The notes: generated by a model not told the origin, from the sequence alone. Positions 49,431 through 60,260 are shown, counted from the first letter of the stretch. The stretch is 64,000 bases of DNA from Bacteroidota bacterium (GCA_026709065.1 JAPOTS010000136.1:72264-136263), one strand, 5' to 3'. Numbers and translations: made by a program.

Positions 49431-50199
49431 TCACAAATAAATGAGATAAACTTTTCCTGTATGAGTCATAAAAGAACTCAAGTTGCTCTTCAGCAGATGT
49501 ATTACCAATAAACTGGTGACTTGGCAGTAAAACTGGAGGATGGCCTAATTGCAGAAGTTTCTCAGCTACAGATACCCTTAACATATTCATTAACATCCCA
49601 CCAGTTACAGTTGATAGAGGTCCTGTCCGCCATTCGAGTCCTTCAAGTTCAATGATACAGTCACCAGGGGGACATTGATTATCAATGACGATATCAGCAA
49701 TATCAATGAGTTTTTTTCCTGACTGATGAGATGCGCTGGTGGCTTCACTGTGCGCTCTGGCAACAACGGCAATCAGGGGCATCTGTCGCTGTTTTACACC
49801 CTCAGCCATTTCTACGATGAGTGGGCGAATACCACTGGTAGAAATGATAATAAATCCATCATTGGGGCCAAAGCGAAAACTCTTCAATATTTCCTCGGCA
49901 TATCCACTGACCTTTTCAAGATGTAGAGGTCCCCTGAGTCCATTTGGCCCAACGATAGCTGAATGGTTAGAGATTGCTAATTCAACAAGTGCATAAAACC
50001 CGACAAATCCTCCTTGCCGGGGAGTCATTTCTTCGCACATCATTCGAGAATGTCCAGCACCGAAGCAGAAAATAAGCCCACCCTTTGCAATGCGATCAGC
50101 ACATAAATCAGCAGCCTGATCAATTACATCGGACTGAGTTTCGTGCAAGAGCTTTAATCGTTGAAGGGCCTTCTCAAAATATTCTGAAGCCGCACTCAT
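49423..50199 (-). CDS. SIS-domain protein (UPF0309-like)
   Basis: 'GGLIFCFGAGHSRMMCEE' and 'IIISTSGIRPLIVEMA'. It overlaps the ROK gene start. Confidence 0.75.
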   Translation of the reverse strand: MSAASEYFEKALQRLKLLHETQSDVIDQAADLCADRIAKGGLIFCFGAGHSRMMCEEMTPRQGGFVGFYALVELAISNHSAIVGPNGLRGPLHLEKVSGYAEEILKSFRFGPNDGFIIISTSGIRPLIVEMAEGVKQRQMPLIAVVARAHSEATSASHQSGKKLIDIADIVIDNQCPPGDCIIELEGLEWRTGPLSTVTGGMLMNMLRVSVAEKLLQLGHPPVLLPSHQFIGNTSAEEQLEFFYDSYRKSLSHLFVNE

Positions 50200-50221
50200 A
50201 GATCAAACTCCGTTGAAGAAT

Positions 50222-51271
50222 CTAATTTCGAATAATATATACCCATGAATCTTCGGGTATCTCGCTCAGACTTTCTTTTAAAGCGAGAGCTTCAGGAATC
50301 GTAGAAACTTGACCAATTGCAATGCGATGTTGATTTCCAGTGCCAATCAAGGTATCAACAGGGAGGGTAGGGTAGATTGTGCGGTATCTCTCTACAACAG
50401 ACATTGCCTGTGCGGGGGTATTAAACGATCCAATGATTAAGGTATAGCCTCCAGACTCGCGGTCAAGTAAATTAACAGGGGCTAAACTTGATTCTGATTG
50501 AGAAGTTTGCGGTGGTTCTGTGGTGGATAGGTTTTCATTTTGAGGGGTATCAGACACCGATGAAGGCGCTTCGCTTTGGTCAGTTTCATTGACCGAAGTT
50601 TCTAGCTCATCTGATGGTATTTCATCTTCCTCGGATACAACCGTCTCAATACTATCGGTCACCAACGTTATTGATTCCGAACTTTCTTGCTCGTTATTGC
50701 CAGTTATGCCTTGAAGGAGAAAGTATCCGACGATGGCTAGAATCACTACCATGGGGATCAATATGGCAGCCCATGGACTTCTCTGTTCGGTAGTGGGGAA
50801 GGATGTTCGTTTTATGTTCTGAGCTGGGACAGTAGTCTTATCAATCTCAACTGGGGTCAGCTCAGAATATATTCCAACGATATGGTTATTGAGTTTAGTA
50901 TCAGCAGTAAATTGGAGTTGATCATTTGATTTCTTGAATGTTCCAAGTTCGGGGATTGTGACTGGAAGTTGAGATAAGATCTCCTTAGAGAAAATCGTGA
51001 TCGTTTTTTCCGAAGCTTCATGAGAAATGCCTAGGGTTGAAGCTAATCCTGATATCAAAGTCGTATCGGTGGGAGTACTCGGGTTTGATTCAAGAACAAT
51101 TTCTTTTTTTGGTGGATGAACACTAAATTTGTCTGCATTTAATGACTTAGATTCACTTGGTTTTGAGATTACCTTAAAAATTCCTAATTCAGAAATAGCT
51201 ACCTGACTGTATCGGGCTAACCTTTCGCGAATGATCGTGACCAACTCAAACACTACTTTTTGACTTTCCAT
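50222..51271 (-). CDS. HU-like N-terminal domain / SPOR C-terminal domain membrane protein
   Basis: One TM helix 'WAAILIPMVVILAIVGYFLL', an acidic/Ser-Thr-rich linker, and a SPOR-like C-terminus 'GGYTLIIGSFNTPAQAMSVVERYR'. Confidence 0.65.
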   Translation of the reverse strand: MESQKVVFELVTIIRERLARYSQVAISELGIFKVISKPSESKSLNADKFSVHPPKKEIVLESNPSTPTDTTLISGLASTLGISHEASEKTITIFSKEILSQLPVTIPELGTFKKSNDQLQFTADTKLNNHIVGIYSELTPVEIDKTTVPAQNIKRTSFPTTEQRSPWAAILIPMVVILAIVGYFLLQGITGNNEQESSESITLVTDSIETVVSEEDEIPSDELETSVNETDQSEAPSSVSDTPQNENLSTTEPPQTSQSESSLAPVNLLDRESGGYTLIIGSFNTPAQAMSVVERYRTIYPTLPVDTLIGTGNQHRIAIGQVSTIPEALALKESLSEIPEDSWVYIIRN

Positions 51272-51387
51272 TGACTCTAAAAAATTTCAACAACTATGAT
51301 TAAATGAAAAAAAATGAGTGTACTACAAACATCAACGCACATAGATAATTAAAATAAAGATATAAAAATTTATTGTATTTTCTTGAT

Positions 51388-52323
51388 ATGAGTATTCTCA
51401 TTGTTGGCACACTTGCTCTTGACACTATTGAAACACCTACTGATAAAGCTGAACAAGTTCTTGGAGGAAGTGCTACCTACAGTGCATTCGCTGCACATTC
51501 TTTCGCAACTCCAATTGCAATTGTTGCGGTGGTTGGTAGAGATTTTCCAGAGCAATACCATCAAATCTTAAAGTCCATTAAACTAGATCTTTCTGGTGTA
51601 GAGATCTCTAAGGAGCACGATACATTTGCTTGGGGGTGTCAATACAGGGATAATCTTAATATTCGAGATACGACCTTCACCCATTTAAATGCTTTACAAC
51701 ACTTCAGTCCAGTTGTTCCAGAGGCATTTAATAATTGTCAAGTCATATGTTTAGGGAATTTACATCCTCAAATTCAAAGTGATACTTTAAGTCAAGTGGG
51801 CGATGCATCATTTGTAGCATGTGATACAATGAATTACTGGATTCAAGAGACTCCAGCAGAATTGATCCAAGTATTAAAAACAGTTGACTGTCTGGTAATT
51901 AATGATGAAGAGGCATTGCAGATGACCGATGAATTTAATCTATTTAGTGCAGCGCGGAAGATTTTATACTTAGGTCCTAAATCTTTAATCATCAAAAAAG
52001 GGGAGCATGGTGCTATGTTGTTTGTTGAAGATCAGGTGTTCATTATTCCCAGTTTTCCGATTAGCAAAGTTAAGGATCCCACTGGCGCAGGTGATGCGTT
52101 TTTAGGTGCTATGGCAGGTAGTTTGAATTATGAACGTCATATTGGATTAGATGCACTCAAGCGTGCAGTGGTTTATGGTAGTACAGTTGCTTCATTTTGT
52201 GTTGAGCATATTGGCCCATACGAACTCCTTAATCTGACGCAATCCGACATAACAAAACGTGCAAAACAGTTTAATGGGGTAACGGAATGGCCAGTACTAA
52301 GTGTTTTATCCCCTCTTGCTTAA
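51388..52323 (+). CDS. PfkB-family carbohydrate/nucleoside kinase
   Basis: 'GGSATYSA' and the signature 'DPTGAGDAFLGA'. Confidence 0.85.
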   Translation: MSILIVGTLALDTIETPTDKAEQVLGGSATYSAFAAHSFATPIAIVAVVGRDFPEQYHQILKSIKLDLSGVEISKEHDTFAWGCQYRDNLNIRDTTFTHLNALQHFSPVVPEAFNNCQVICLGNLHPQIQSDTLSQVGDASFVACDTMNYWIQETPAELIQVLKTVDCLVINDEEALQMTDEFNLFSAARKILYLGPKSLIIKKGEHGAMLFVEDQVFIIPSFPISKVKDPTGAGDAFLGAMAGSLNYERHIGLDALKRAVVYGSTVASFCVEHIGPYELLNLTQSDITKRAKQFNGVTEWPVLSVLSPLA

Positions 52324-52400
52324 TGCTCCACATGTCTTCAATAATGTTCGCTCAATTAATCGGACTCTTCTCATTTTGTGTTAATTTTCACTGATTGGGA

Positions 52401-52760
52401 ATGCATTTAATTCGACTAACCAATGCGACTTTTTTTGCCCATCATGGTGTACCATTGGAGGAAAAGAAAACGGGCAATCGATACGAAGTTGATGTTGAGG
52501 TGAAGTTTGATTTTGAGACTGCTGCACGAAATGATGATCTTCAACAGACTGTGTGCTACGAGTCAATGTATAAAATCGTTGAAACAATAATCACTGAAAA
52601 AAAGTTTGACTTGATAGAGAGTATTGCTTATTTGATCGCTAAGCATGTTCTTGAACTATCACCCGATATAGAATATGCAGAAGTATCCGTTAGAAAGCGA
52701 AATCCCCCTATCAATGGAGTGGTTGACTATTCGGAAGCCGTTTATAGAGGTTCTCATTAA
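52401..52760 (+). CDS. folB: Dihydroneopterin aldolase
   Basis: About 120 aa with 'FFAHHGVPLEEKKTGNRYEVDVEV' and 'VRKRNPPI'. Confidence 0.85.
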   Translation: MHLIRLTNATFFAHHGVPLEEKKTGNRYEVDVEVKFDFETAARNDDLQQTVCYESMYKIVETIITEKKFDLIESIAYLIAKHVLELSPDIEYAEVSVRKRNPPINGVVDYSEAVYRGSH

Positions 52761-53350
52761 AACTCAATTAAATCATCAAAATACTTAGATAAGAGGATAT
52801 ACAACCTCCTAAGTGGTAGTCCTACAACATTATTGTAATCACCATTAATACGTTCAATCAATAAAGCCCCAAGACCATCTTGAATCCCGTAAGCACCGGC
52901 TTTGTCCATTGGCAAGCACGTTTTAACATACTTCAATATTTCGTGATCCGTCAGTTCTCCAATAGTCACTTCGGTTGATTCAACATGTGTCACAATTCGC
53001 TTAGATTCATGGTGGACCAGTGCGATTCCAGTATGTACGATATGGGTTATACCACTCAATTTACGCAGCATTTGACTTGCCTCATGTTGATCTCGAGGTT
53101 TTCCGAATATTACTCCACGCGAAACAACCAGGGTATCGGCTCCAAGGACCAGTGCATTGGGTTTTTCTGTCACGATGGACATCGATTTTTTGAGGGCCAA
53201 GTGTTCAGCAACCTTTTCAGGCGTATATTTGATATCGGGTGTCTCATCAACCGAGGCAGGGATGGTGGTAAATCGTATTCCGATTTGCTGTAGCAGTTGG
53301 GCTCTACGAGGGGATTGAGATGCGAGTACAAATTCAATAGAAATATTCAT
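52757..53350 (-). CDS. maf: Maf-like nucleoside triphosphate pyrophosphatase
   Basis: 'VLASQSPRRAQLL', 'GADTLV' and 'KAGAYGIQ'. The internal ATG at 53350 is preferred over 53386. Confidence 0.88.
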   Translation of the reverse strand: MNISIEFVLASQSPRRAQLLQQIGIRFTTIPASVDETPDIKYTPEKVAEHLALKKSMSIVTEKPNALVLGADTLVVSRGVIFGKPRDQHEASQMLRKLSGITHIVHTGIALVHHESKRIVTHVESTEVTIGELTDHEILKYVKTCLPMDKAGAYGIQDGLGALLIERINGDYNNVVGLPLRRLYILLSKYFDDLIEF

Positions 53351-53402
53351 TAAATGTTTAGTGAGACCGTAGAATAAGTTCTTCAATTATCATATCCATT
53401 TT

Positions 53403-54170
53403 ATGTCAATAATCACAGTTTGTAATCATAAAGGCGGTACTGGAAAAACAACCACCTCGATGCATCTTGCCGCAGCATTAAATCTCGTTGGATATAAGAC
53501 ACTTGTGATTGATCTTGATCCACAAGGATATTTAACATGTATGATGGATGTTGAGACTTCGGAGATTAAATACGCATCGCAAAACCTGTTTGATTCAGGG
53601 GGTAGCCTTATAGGTATAGAAGTACTCAATTTACCCTCTTTTGATTTATTGCCTTGCACCGATGGGATGATTAGTAAAGCTCAAAAATTGACGAGTGTGA
53701 CCGATATGTTTCGATTAAAAGAATCGCTCATGGGTCAATCAAGTTATGATCTCATTATTTTAGATACGGCTGCAGCCATTACAGTATATGTATTGAATGC
53801 ACTTGTTGCATCAGATATATTGATGATTCCCGTCACTCCCGAACTTCAATCCGTACATGGTGCTCAGCAGACATGGGATACGGCCAAAGAGATTCGAGAA
53901 AAATGGAATCCAGGCCTCAAGGCAGCAATGTTTGTTCTTACGAATGTTCATGGCCGAAAGAAAGTTCATCGCCAATACAGCAAATACATGCGACAAAAGT
54001 ACGGTGATTTAGTTATGGATACCCAGGTACGCACTTGTTCCTCAATGGCTGTTGCATGTACAGATGGGCGTACCGTGTTTGAAACTCATATTCTCTCTCG
54101 TGGGGCTAGAGATTATGCTGCTGTTGCTGATGAATTGATAAAGCATGTACTCACTCCATTTAATCAATAA
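53403..54170 (+). CDS. ParA/MinD-family ATPase (orphan, no adjacent parB)
   Basis: The deviant Walker A 'NHKGGTGKTTT', 'VIDLDPQG', and Walker B 'LIILDTAA'. Confidence 0.85.
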   Translation: MSIITVCNHKGGTGKTTTSMHLAAALNLVGYKTLVIDLDPQGYLTCMMDVETSEIKYASQNLFDSGGSLIGIEVLNLPSFDLLPCTDGMISKAQKLTSVTDMFRLKESLMGQSSYDLIILDTAAAITVYVLNALVASDILMIPVTPELQSVHGAQQTWDTAKEIREKWNPGLKAAMFVLTNVHGRKKVHRQYSKYMRQKYGDLVMDTQVRTCSSMAVACTDGRTVFETHILSRGARDYAAVADELIKHVLTPFNQ

Positions 54171-54183
54171 ACTGTAAAATATT

Positions 54184-56598
54184 TTGCTAAAGTTTGTTTT
54201 TCAATTAATTTGGGCACCTTTGATACTCTGGGCCTTGCATCTTGGTCCAGGTGGAATTGCCCCTGTGGGTCATCTTATAGATCCACTTCGAGGCTTATAT
54301 CACAATGCTCGAATCGCTGAGCATAGTGTTGAACAGTCAGACGTTTTGTCTGGCTTGGATTCCCCCGTCACCATAGAGCGAGATGAGAGGGGAGTCCCAC
54401 ATATATTTGCCGAAAGCGATAAAGATGCCGTGATAGCATTGGGATATGCAACTGCGCAGGATCGACTGTTTCAGATGGATTTTATTAGTCGTGTTGCTGC
54501 TGGTCGTATGTCTGAAATGTTCGGACCGGGTTCTGTTGAAACAGATCGATACCTGCGAGGAACGGGCATGAACTGGGCAGCAAAGCAGATTCTGCAAGCT
54601 CATATTGAGGAACAGAGCCTTGACTACCAGACAAGTAGCTGGTTTGCTCAAGGTGCAAATTCATTTATCAATGATCTTTCATATGCGCAATGGCCGATTG
54701 AATTCAAACTGTTCAATCTTGCTCCAGAGCCATATTCCCCATTGAAATCAATTCTTCTGGTTCAGTACTTTGATTATGATTTATCCTTTGGAAACCAAGC
54801 TCCGGCCTACGCTCGTGCCCTTAATCGCCTCAGTGCTGATGAATATGCTGAGTTATATCCACGCCACGATTCACGTTATGTCCCGATTATTCCTCCACAG
54901 AATACGGTGACCCAGAACGCAATTGATTCAGTTGCCAGTCACCATTCTGTTGCATCTAACGATGTGATCAGTCTCATCGATCGCATGTATGATACATTAC
55001 GGGATAGCGGCATAGAAGGTTATAGACCTTCAAAGGGATCAAACAATTGGGCGGTTGCTGGAAATAGGTCGGCCACTGGTGCTCCAATTTTAGCGGGTGA
55101 TATGCATCTTGCACTGACCTTGCCATCAATATGGTATGAAGTGCACATGGTCACCCCATCTATGAATACCTATGGTGTTGTTTCCCCAGGAACGCCTGTT
55201 CCGATTGAAGCCTTTAACGATCATGTCGCATGGGCATACACGAACTCTCATATAGATGGAATTGACTACTATCAGCTTAAACTAAGCCAAGATAAAAAGA
55301 GTTATAGATTTAATGGATATGGGCGCCTCCTCCAACTATTGCCTGATACAATCTTTATCAAAGGTGAAGAGCCTGTTATTGATACCCTCCGAATTTCTCA
55401 CTTTGGACCAGTTATCATGGGTTCTGAAAGTGCCCTTGCCATCAAATGGGTTGCACATAACAAAAACTACATGTTAAAGGCACTATGGGATATGAATCAT
55501 GCTCAAAATGCGGCTGAGATTGATAGCGCTTTAATGAACTGGAATTCTCCATCTCAGAACGTTTTATACGCAGATACAGAGGGTACAATTGGAATTCGGG
55601 TTGCAGGCACTATTCCAATTCGTGCCTCAGGTCATGGGATTGGGATTCTAGACGGCAGTACAATTGCTACTAAGTGGACAGGGAAGATTCCCTTTGAAGA
55701 ATTGCCTCATGCAATTAATCCAGATCAAGGTTTCTTAACGTCTACGAATCAGCAACCTACAACCGCTGACTACCCGTATTATCTGAATCATGATTGGCCC
55801 GCGGCTTATCGCTCATTAAGAATTCACGAACTTCTAACCAACAAATCCTTACACACCTTTGAAGATATTACCCGTTATCAGGGAGATATTTATGTCGGTC
55901 AATTTGATGCATTTGTTCCGATACTACCATCAGGCGAGACATTATCACCTGATGCCAAGAGAGTACGAGACATTTTATCTTCATGGGATGGATACGCAAC
56001 TCTTGATTCTCAGGCACCCTTGGCTTTACACGAATACCTTATTGCCCTCAAGCAATTGACATGGGATGAGGAAGTCTTTAGGGGACTTCCCACCCCTTCA
56101 GAAACAATTTTATTACAGTTCCTTGAACATGGATCTAAGTGGTTGGATGTTCAAGAGACTTCGGAAATTGAAGATGCTGACATGCTAATGACTATGGCGC
56201 TTGAACAAGCTGCCATCACACTCAGTGACGAGTATGAAGAAGATTGGACTTGGGGACGGCATCATCAGGTGATATTTCGACATTTAACACAAACTGAAGC
56301 CCTAGATATGCTTTGGCGAGGCCCTTATGAATATCCAGGATTTGATGATACCTTAGGACCGGCTGATGGATTACTGGTTACTCACAGTGCAAGCTGGCGT
56401 GTTGGGGTAGAATTTAGTCAAAAATATCCAGTTGGAAAAGGTATTTATGCAGGCGGGCAAAGTGGAAATCCAATGAGTAAGTATTATGATTTACATATGG
56501 ATGACTATATCAGCTATAATTTGTACCCATTACATAAACCCCGGAGTGCAGGAGAATTAGATTCTGTGTCTTCCACTTTAAATTTGCTGACACAATGA
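54184..56598 (+). CDS. Penicillin acylase family (Ntn-hydrolase) protein
   Basis: About 800 aa. The predicted autoprocessing site 'KGSNNWAV' (Ser nucleophile) and the N-terminal 'IERDERGVPHI' motif. Confidence 0.85.
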   Translation: MLKFVFQLIWAPLILWALHLGPGGIAPVGHLIDPLRGLYHNARIAEHSVEQSDVLSGLDSPVTIERDERGVPHIFAESDKDAVIALGYATAQDRLFQMDFISRVAAGRMSEMFGPGSVETDRYLRGTGMNWAAKQILQAHIEEQSLDYQTSSWFAQGANSFINDLSYAQWPIEFKLFNLAPEPYSPLKSILLVQYFDYDLSFGNQAPAYARALNRLSADEYAELYPRHDSRYVPIIPPQNTVTQNAIDSVASHHSVASNDVISLIDRMYDTLRDSGIEGYRPSKGSNNWAVAGNRSATGAPILAGDMHLALTLPSIWYEVHMVTPSMNTYGVVSPGTPVPIEAFNDHVAWAYTNSHIDGIDYYQLKLSQDKKSYRFNGYGRLLQLLPDTIFIKGEEPVIDTLRISHFGPVIMGSESALAIKWVAHNKNYMLKALWDMNHAQNAAEIDSALMNWNSPSQNVLYADTEGTIGIRVAGTIPIRASGHGIGILDGSTIATKWTGKIPFEELPHAINPDQGFLTSTNQQPTTADYPYYLNHDWPAAYRSLRIHELLTNKSLHTFEDITRYQGDIYVGQFDAFVPILPSGETLSPDAKRVRDILSSWDGYATLDSQAPLALHEYLIALKQLTWDEEVFRGLPTPSETILLQFLEHGSKWLDVQETSEIEDADMLMTMALEQAAITLSDEYEEDWTWGRHHQVIFRHLTQTEALDMLWRGPYEYPGFDDTLGPADGLLVTHSASWRVGVEFSQKYPVGKGIYAGGQSGNPMSKYYDLHMDDYISYNLYPLHKPRSAGELDSVSSTLNLLTQ

Positions 56599-56660
56599 TT
56601 CGTGTATTTCGAATGATGATCATAAGATGTCTGGATAGTCATTGATCCAGTCTTCCAATC

Positions 56661-58172
56661 GTGATGATGGCATCTGATACGCCAATTAGTAAACAACGCT
56701 TTACCTCTCGATGGGGCATGTTGTTGGCCGTTTTGGGGATGGCAGTTGGGACTGGAAATATCTGGAGATTTCCCCGGATTGCGGCGACCAATAGTGGGGA
56801 TGACGGAGCGGGTGCATTTTTAATTGCATGGCTCGTGTTTTTGTTTGTATGGAGCATTCCGTTAATCATAGCAGAATATGCTCTGGGGAGAAAAGGGCGT
56901 TTGGGTGTTATTGGGACATTCACAAAGCTTGCAGGCGATCGTTATTCTTGGATGGGGGCTTTCTGTGTGTTTGTTGCTGCGGCTATTTTGTTTTATTACA
57001 CTGTGGTCGCCGGGTGGTGTTTTTTCTATTTGGGGCGGATGGTTTTTCAGGGCCCAGATCTATCGATCGCGGCAGCTCAAGGTGCTTGGGATGGATTTCA
57101 AAGTAGTTACTTTCCAGTTCTTTTCCATGCTCTTGCGGTCGGACTCGGTTCATGGGCGGTATGGAAAGGTGTCCGAGGGATTGAGCGAGTCAATAAAGTA
57201 TTAGTGCCCGCCTTACTTGTGATCGTGGTCATTGCGTTATTTCGAACATTCTTTTTAGAAGGAGCAGGGGAGGGATTAGCATTCCTCTTTACTCCAGATT
57301 GGTCAACATTATCTTATCCTAAACTATGGCTTGAGGCGCTCACTCAAAATGCATGGGATACAGGAGCAGGATGGGGATTGGTCTTGACCTATGGGGCCTA
57401 CATGCAAAGTAGACATGGGGTTGTTCAGAACGCGGTTATTACTGGTGCAGGCAATAATACCGTGTCCCTGTTTGCTGGAATGATCATATTCGGGACGGTC
57501 TTTGCGATTCTTGGCACTGAGATGTCGCGACCAGAAGTTCTCGAAATCATGCAATCCAGTGGACCAGCAGCGACTGGACTTACTTTTATCTGGATGCCCC
57601 AATTATTTGCAACCATGCCAGGTGGTCATGTGTTTGCCATCCTTTTCTTCTTAGGTTTATCGTGTGCTGCACTCAGTTCACTGATATCAATGATTGAGAT
57701 AGTCGTCCGTTCGGTGATTGATTTTGGTGTAAACCGCTCACATGCCATTATTGGGGTCTCATTAGCAGTTCTGGTATTAGGCATTCCTTCGGCAATCAAT
57801 TTAGGATTTTTTGAGAATCAGGATTTTGTATGGGGATTAGCGCTGATCATCTCTGGAGCATTCATGGCGTTCGTTGTGATTCGGCAGGGGGCGCGATCAT
57901 TTCGAGAGAAAGAGATTGACAATCTCAGTAGTGATTGGAGTTGTGGGCGGTCTTGGGATATAATGATGAATTATATTGTCCCTGTGCTTGCATGTGCCTT
58001 ATTGGGTTGGTGGTTATGGCTTTCTGGTACAGTTTATGCGCCCGATACATGGTATAATCCATTGGATACATTCAGCCTTATGACTTGTATTGCACAGTGG
58101 GGGGCAGTGATTGGCATTCTATTGGTTCTGAATCGTATGATTTCAAAACGGATTCTCAGCATCAATCAATAG
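56661..58172 (+). CDS. Sodium-dependent transporter, NSS (SNF) family
   Basis: 'AVGTGNIWRFP' near the N-terminus and ~11-12 predicted TM segments. Confidence 0.9.
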   Translation: MMMASDTPISKQRFTSRWGMLLAVLGMAVGTGNIWRFPRIAATNSGDDGAGAFLIAWLVFLFVWSIPLIIAEYALGRKGRLGVIGTFTKLAGDRYSWMGAFCVFVAAAILFYYTVVAGWCFFYLGRMVFQGPDLSIAAAQGAWDGFQSSYFPVLFHALAVGLGSWAVWKGVRGIERVNKVLVPALLVIVVIALFRTFFLEGAGEGLAFLFTPDWSTLSYPKLWLEALTQNAWDTGAGWGLVLTYGAYMQSRHGVVQNAVITGAGNNTVSLFAGMIIFGTVFAILGTEMSRPEVLEIMQSSGPAATGLTFIWMPQLFATMPGGHVFAILFFLGLSCAALSSLISMIEIVVRSVIDFGVNRSHAIIGVSLAVLVLGIPSAINLGFFENQDFVWGLALIISGAFMAFVVIRQGARSFREKEIDNLSSDWSCGRSWDIMMNYIVPVLACALLGWWLWLSGTVYAPDTWYNPLDTFSLMTCIAQWGAVIGILLVLNRMISKRILSINQ

Positions 58173-58195
58173 TGATTCTTAGGATGTAAACCCGA

Positions 58196-59167
58196 GTGCC
58201 CGTCTCACAAATCAACATCTGTCCAAGTAATCACGTGACACTTAACGAAATTGAGACTCAATTTACAGAGCTCACTACATCAGATCAGTTTCATCGTTTT
58301 GAAGTCGTTATAGAGTCCCATCAGAGGGCACACTGCGAGGTTTATAGCCGTTACGGACGTAAGTATTTACCAATTGCAGCATTTAAACATGCTGATGTAA
58401 CGACATTCCCGATTAGCGAGGCCGAAGATATATTTATGAGTAGTTCTACAGGTGGAAATGAGCGAAGCCGTCACTTTATTCGGAAAATGTCGATTTACCA
58501 AGATGCGGTATGCGCAGGATTTGAATCGGTATTCGGCCCAGGCCCCTTTACAATTTGGGCGTTCTTGCCAGGCTATATTCCGAATTCCTCATTAGTTAGA
58601 ATGTTAAAAATCCTAATAGAGAGATATGGACATGATAACAGTCAGTTCTTCCTATCAGATCATCTCCCACAAATTGAGTCACATGATCCTCCATTAATAT
58701 TTTTTGGAGCGGCTTTTGGGTTATTAGACTTAGTTGAATCAAATATATACAGGTTGCCAGGTGATGCTCGGATTGTTGAAACGGGGGGAATGAAAACTCA
58801 TCGTCGTGAGATGACGCGTGCTGAATTACATGCTCAATTGGCCAGAGGCTTTGGGTTGCAAGAAAATCGGATTTGGAGTGAATATGGGATGTGTGAACTT
58901 TTGAGCCAGGCCTATGCTAAGGGAGGTGGTGTGTATTATCCCCCACCATGGATGCGAGTCATCATCGTAGATCCTTTAAATCCTGAGCAGATACTTCCAG
59001 AGGGAGAGGCAGGGTTATTAGCCATTACGGATCTGGCCAATATTCATACAGTTTCCAGTATACTTACCGAGGATCTGGGCGTAAAACGAGGCCATGGATT
59101 TGAAGTGTTAGGGCGTTTTCCTGGAAGTGCACTTAGAGGCTGTAACTTTTTATTGGACTCTGGATGA
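58196..59167 (+). CDS. LuxE/PaaK-family acyl-protein synthetase-like adenylating enzyme
   Basis: 'FMSSSTGGNERSRHF' (a degenerate SSGTTG-type motif), 'ETGGMK', and the C-terminal 'GRFPGSALRGCN'. It is paired with a LuxC-like gene. Confidence 0.65.
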   Translation: MPVSQINICPSNHVTLNEIETQFTELTTSDQFHRFEVVIESHQRAHCEVYSRYGRKYLPIAAFKHADVTTFPISEAEDIFMSSSTGGNERSRHFIRKMSIYQDAVCAGFESVFGPGPFTIWAFLPGYIPNSSLVRMLKILIERYGHDNSQFFLSDHLPQIESHDPPLIFFGAAFGLLDLVESNIYRLPGDARIVETGGMKTHRREMTRAELHAQLARGFGLQENRIWSEYGMCELLSQAYAKGGGVYYPPPWMRVIIVDPLNPEQILPEGEAGLLAITDLANIHTVSSILTEDLGVKRGHGFEVLGRFPGSALRGCNFLLDSG

Positions 59168-60210
59168 AATCATTAATCATAGGGTTGTCCGATGTAGCTC
59201 AACTATGGAGTACTTTGGATACATATCCACTCAGAGATGATGCGGTCAGATCCACGCTATCGGCCCCTAATCACTTTACATCAGAAGCGATCATGTATGC
59301 AATTGATCAGCAAATGAATGCGATCAATGAGGCTACAATCATACACTGGTTGAACGATAGAGTACCAAATTGTAAGCATCAAGTTGGAGTCATCAATGCG
59401 GGTAATATTCCGCTTGTAGGATTGCAGGATTTATTAGCGGTGATCTTATGTGGGCATGCATACATCGGTGTGTTATCAAAAAAATCACCATATCTCATTC
59501 CTGCCTTTTGTGAAACTATCAATCAGCAAGGATTTGATCTTGATGTGAGGTTTGTTGAGATGGATGAGATATGGAAGCAGGCTGAGAGTCTCATTGCAAC
59601 AGGAAGTGATGCATCAATCGCACAGATTCAAGGTATAGCTAAGTCTCATGGCATCCTAAGAGAAAAGAGCTTATTTCGTAGTAATCGGTTTGGCATTGCG
59701 ATACTAGATGGTGATGAATCAGAGGATGAATGGTCAGACTTAGCATTGGATATTCTACTTCATGAGGGGATGGGTTGTCGTAATGTCGCATTGATTTTCG
59801 CACCGACAGATTTAGAGCCTGACCGATGCCTGCATCACCTTGCTCAGACGCGTGCAGTATTCCCTGCTCATCCAACAACTTCGGGCAGACTTGCCATTCA
59901 ACAGGCTTATTTGGATGCCACCAACCAGCCTCATGCATACGGGGAAGGGCTAGAGTTTTTACTTAGTAAGGGAGCGGCAGAACCTCAAAGCCCAGGACAT
60001 GTAAGGTGGGTAGAGTATCAAAGCCTTGATGAAGTGATAGCGATCATCAATGGACTCATCAATCAGATACAATGTATCTTAGCTAGTCCAACGGCGACAA
60101 GGACATTACCAAAAGATTGGAACGTCGAACCATTGGGAAGTACACAGACCCCTGAACTTAGCTGGAAGCCCGATGGCAAAGATACAATTGATTTTCTGTG
60201 TAATTTGTAG
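59164..60210 (+). CDS. LuxC-like acyl-CoA reductase family protein
   Basis: About 350 aa, overlapping the LuxE-like stop in an ATGA. 'GCRNV' around the conserved Cys ('HEGMGCRNVALIF'). Confidence 0.6.
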   Translation: MKSLIIGLSDVAQLWSTLDTYPLRDDAVRSTLSAPNHFTSEAIMYAIDQQMNAINEATIIHWLNDRVPNCKHQVGVINAGNIPLVGLQDLLAVILCGHAYIGVLSKKSPYLIPAFCETINQQGFDLDVRFVEMDEIWKQAESLIATGSDASIAQIQGIAKSHGILREKSLFRSNRFGIAILDGDESEDEWSDLALDILLHEGMGCRNVALIFAPTDLEPDRCLHHLAQTRAVFPAHPTTSGRLAIQQAYLDATNQPHAYGEGLEFLLSKGAAEPQSPGHVRWVEYQSLDEVIAIINGLINQIQCILASPTATRTLPKDWNVEPLGSTQTPELSWKPDGKDTIDFLCNL

Positions 60211-60260
60211 AAACAACTCTATGGGTAAATGGGTTTACTCTCCTCTTTACAAAATTTACA

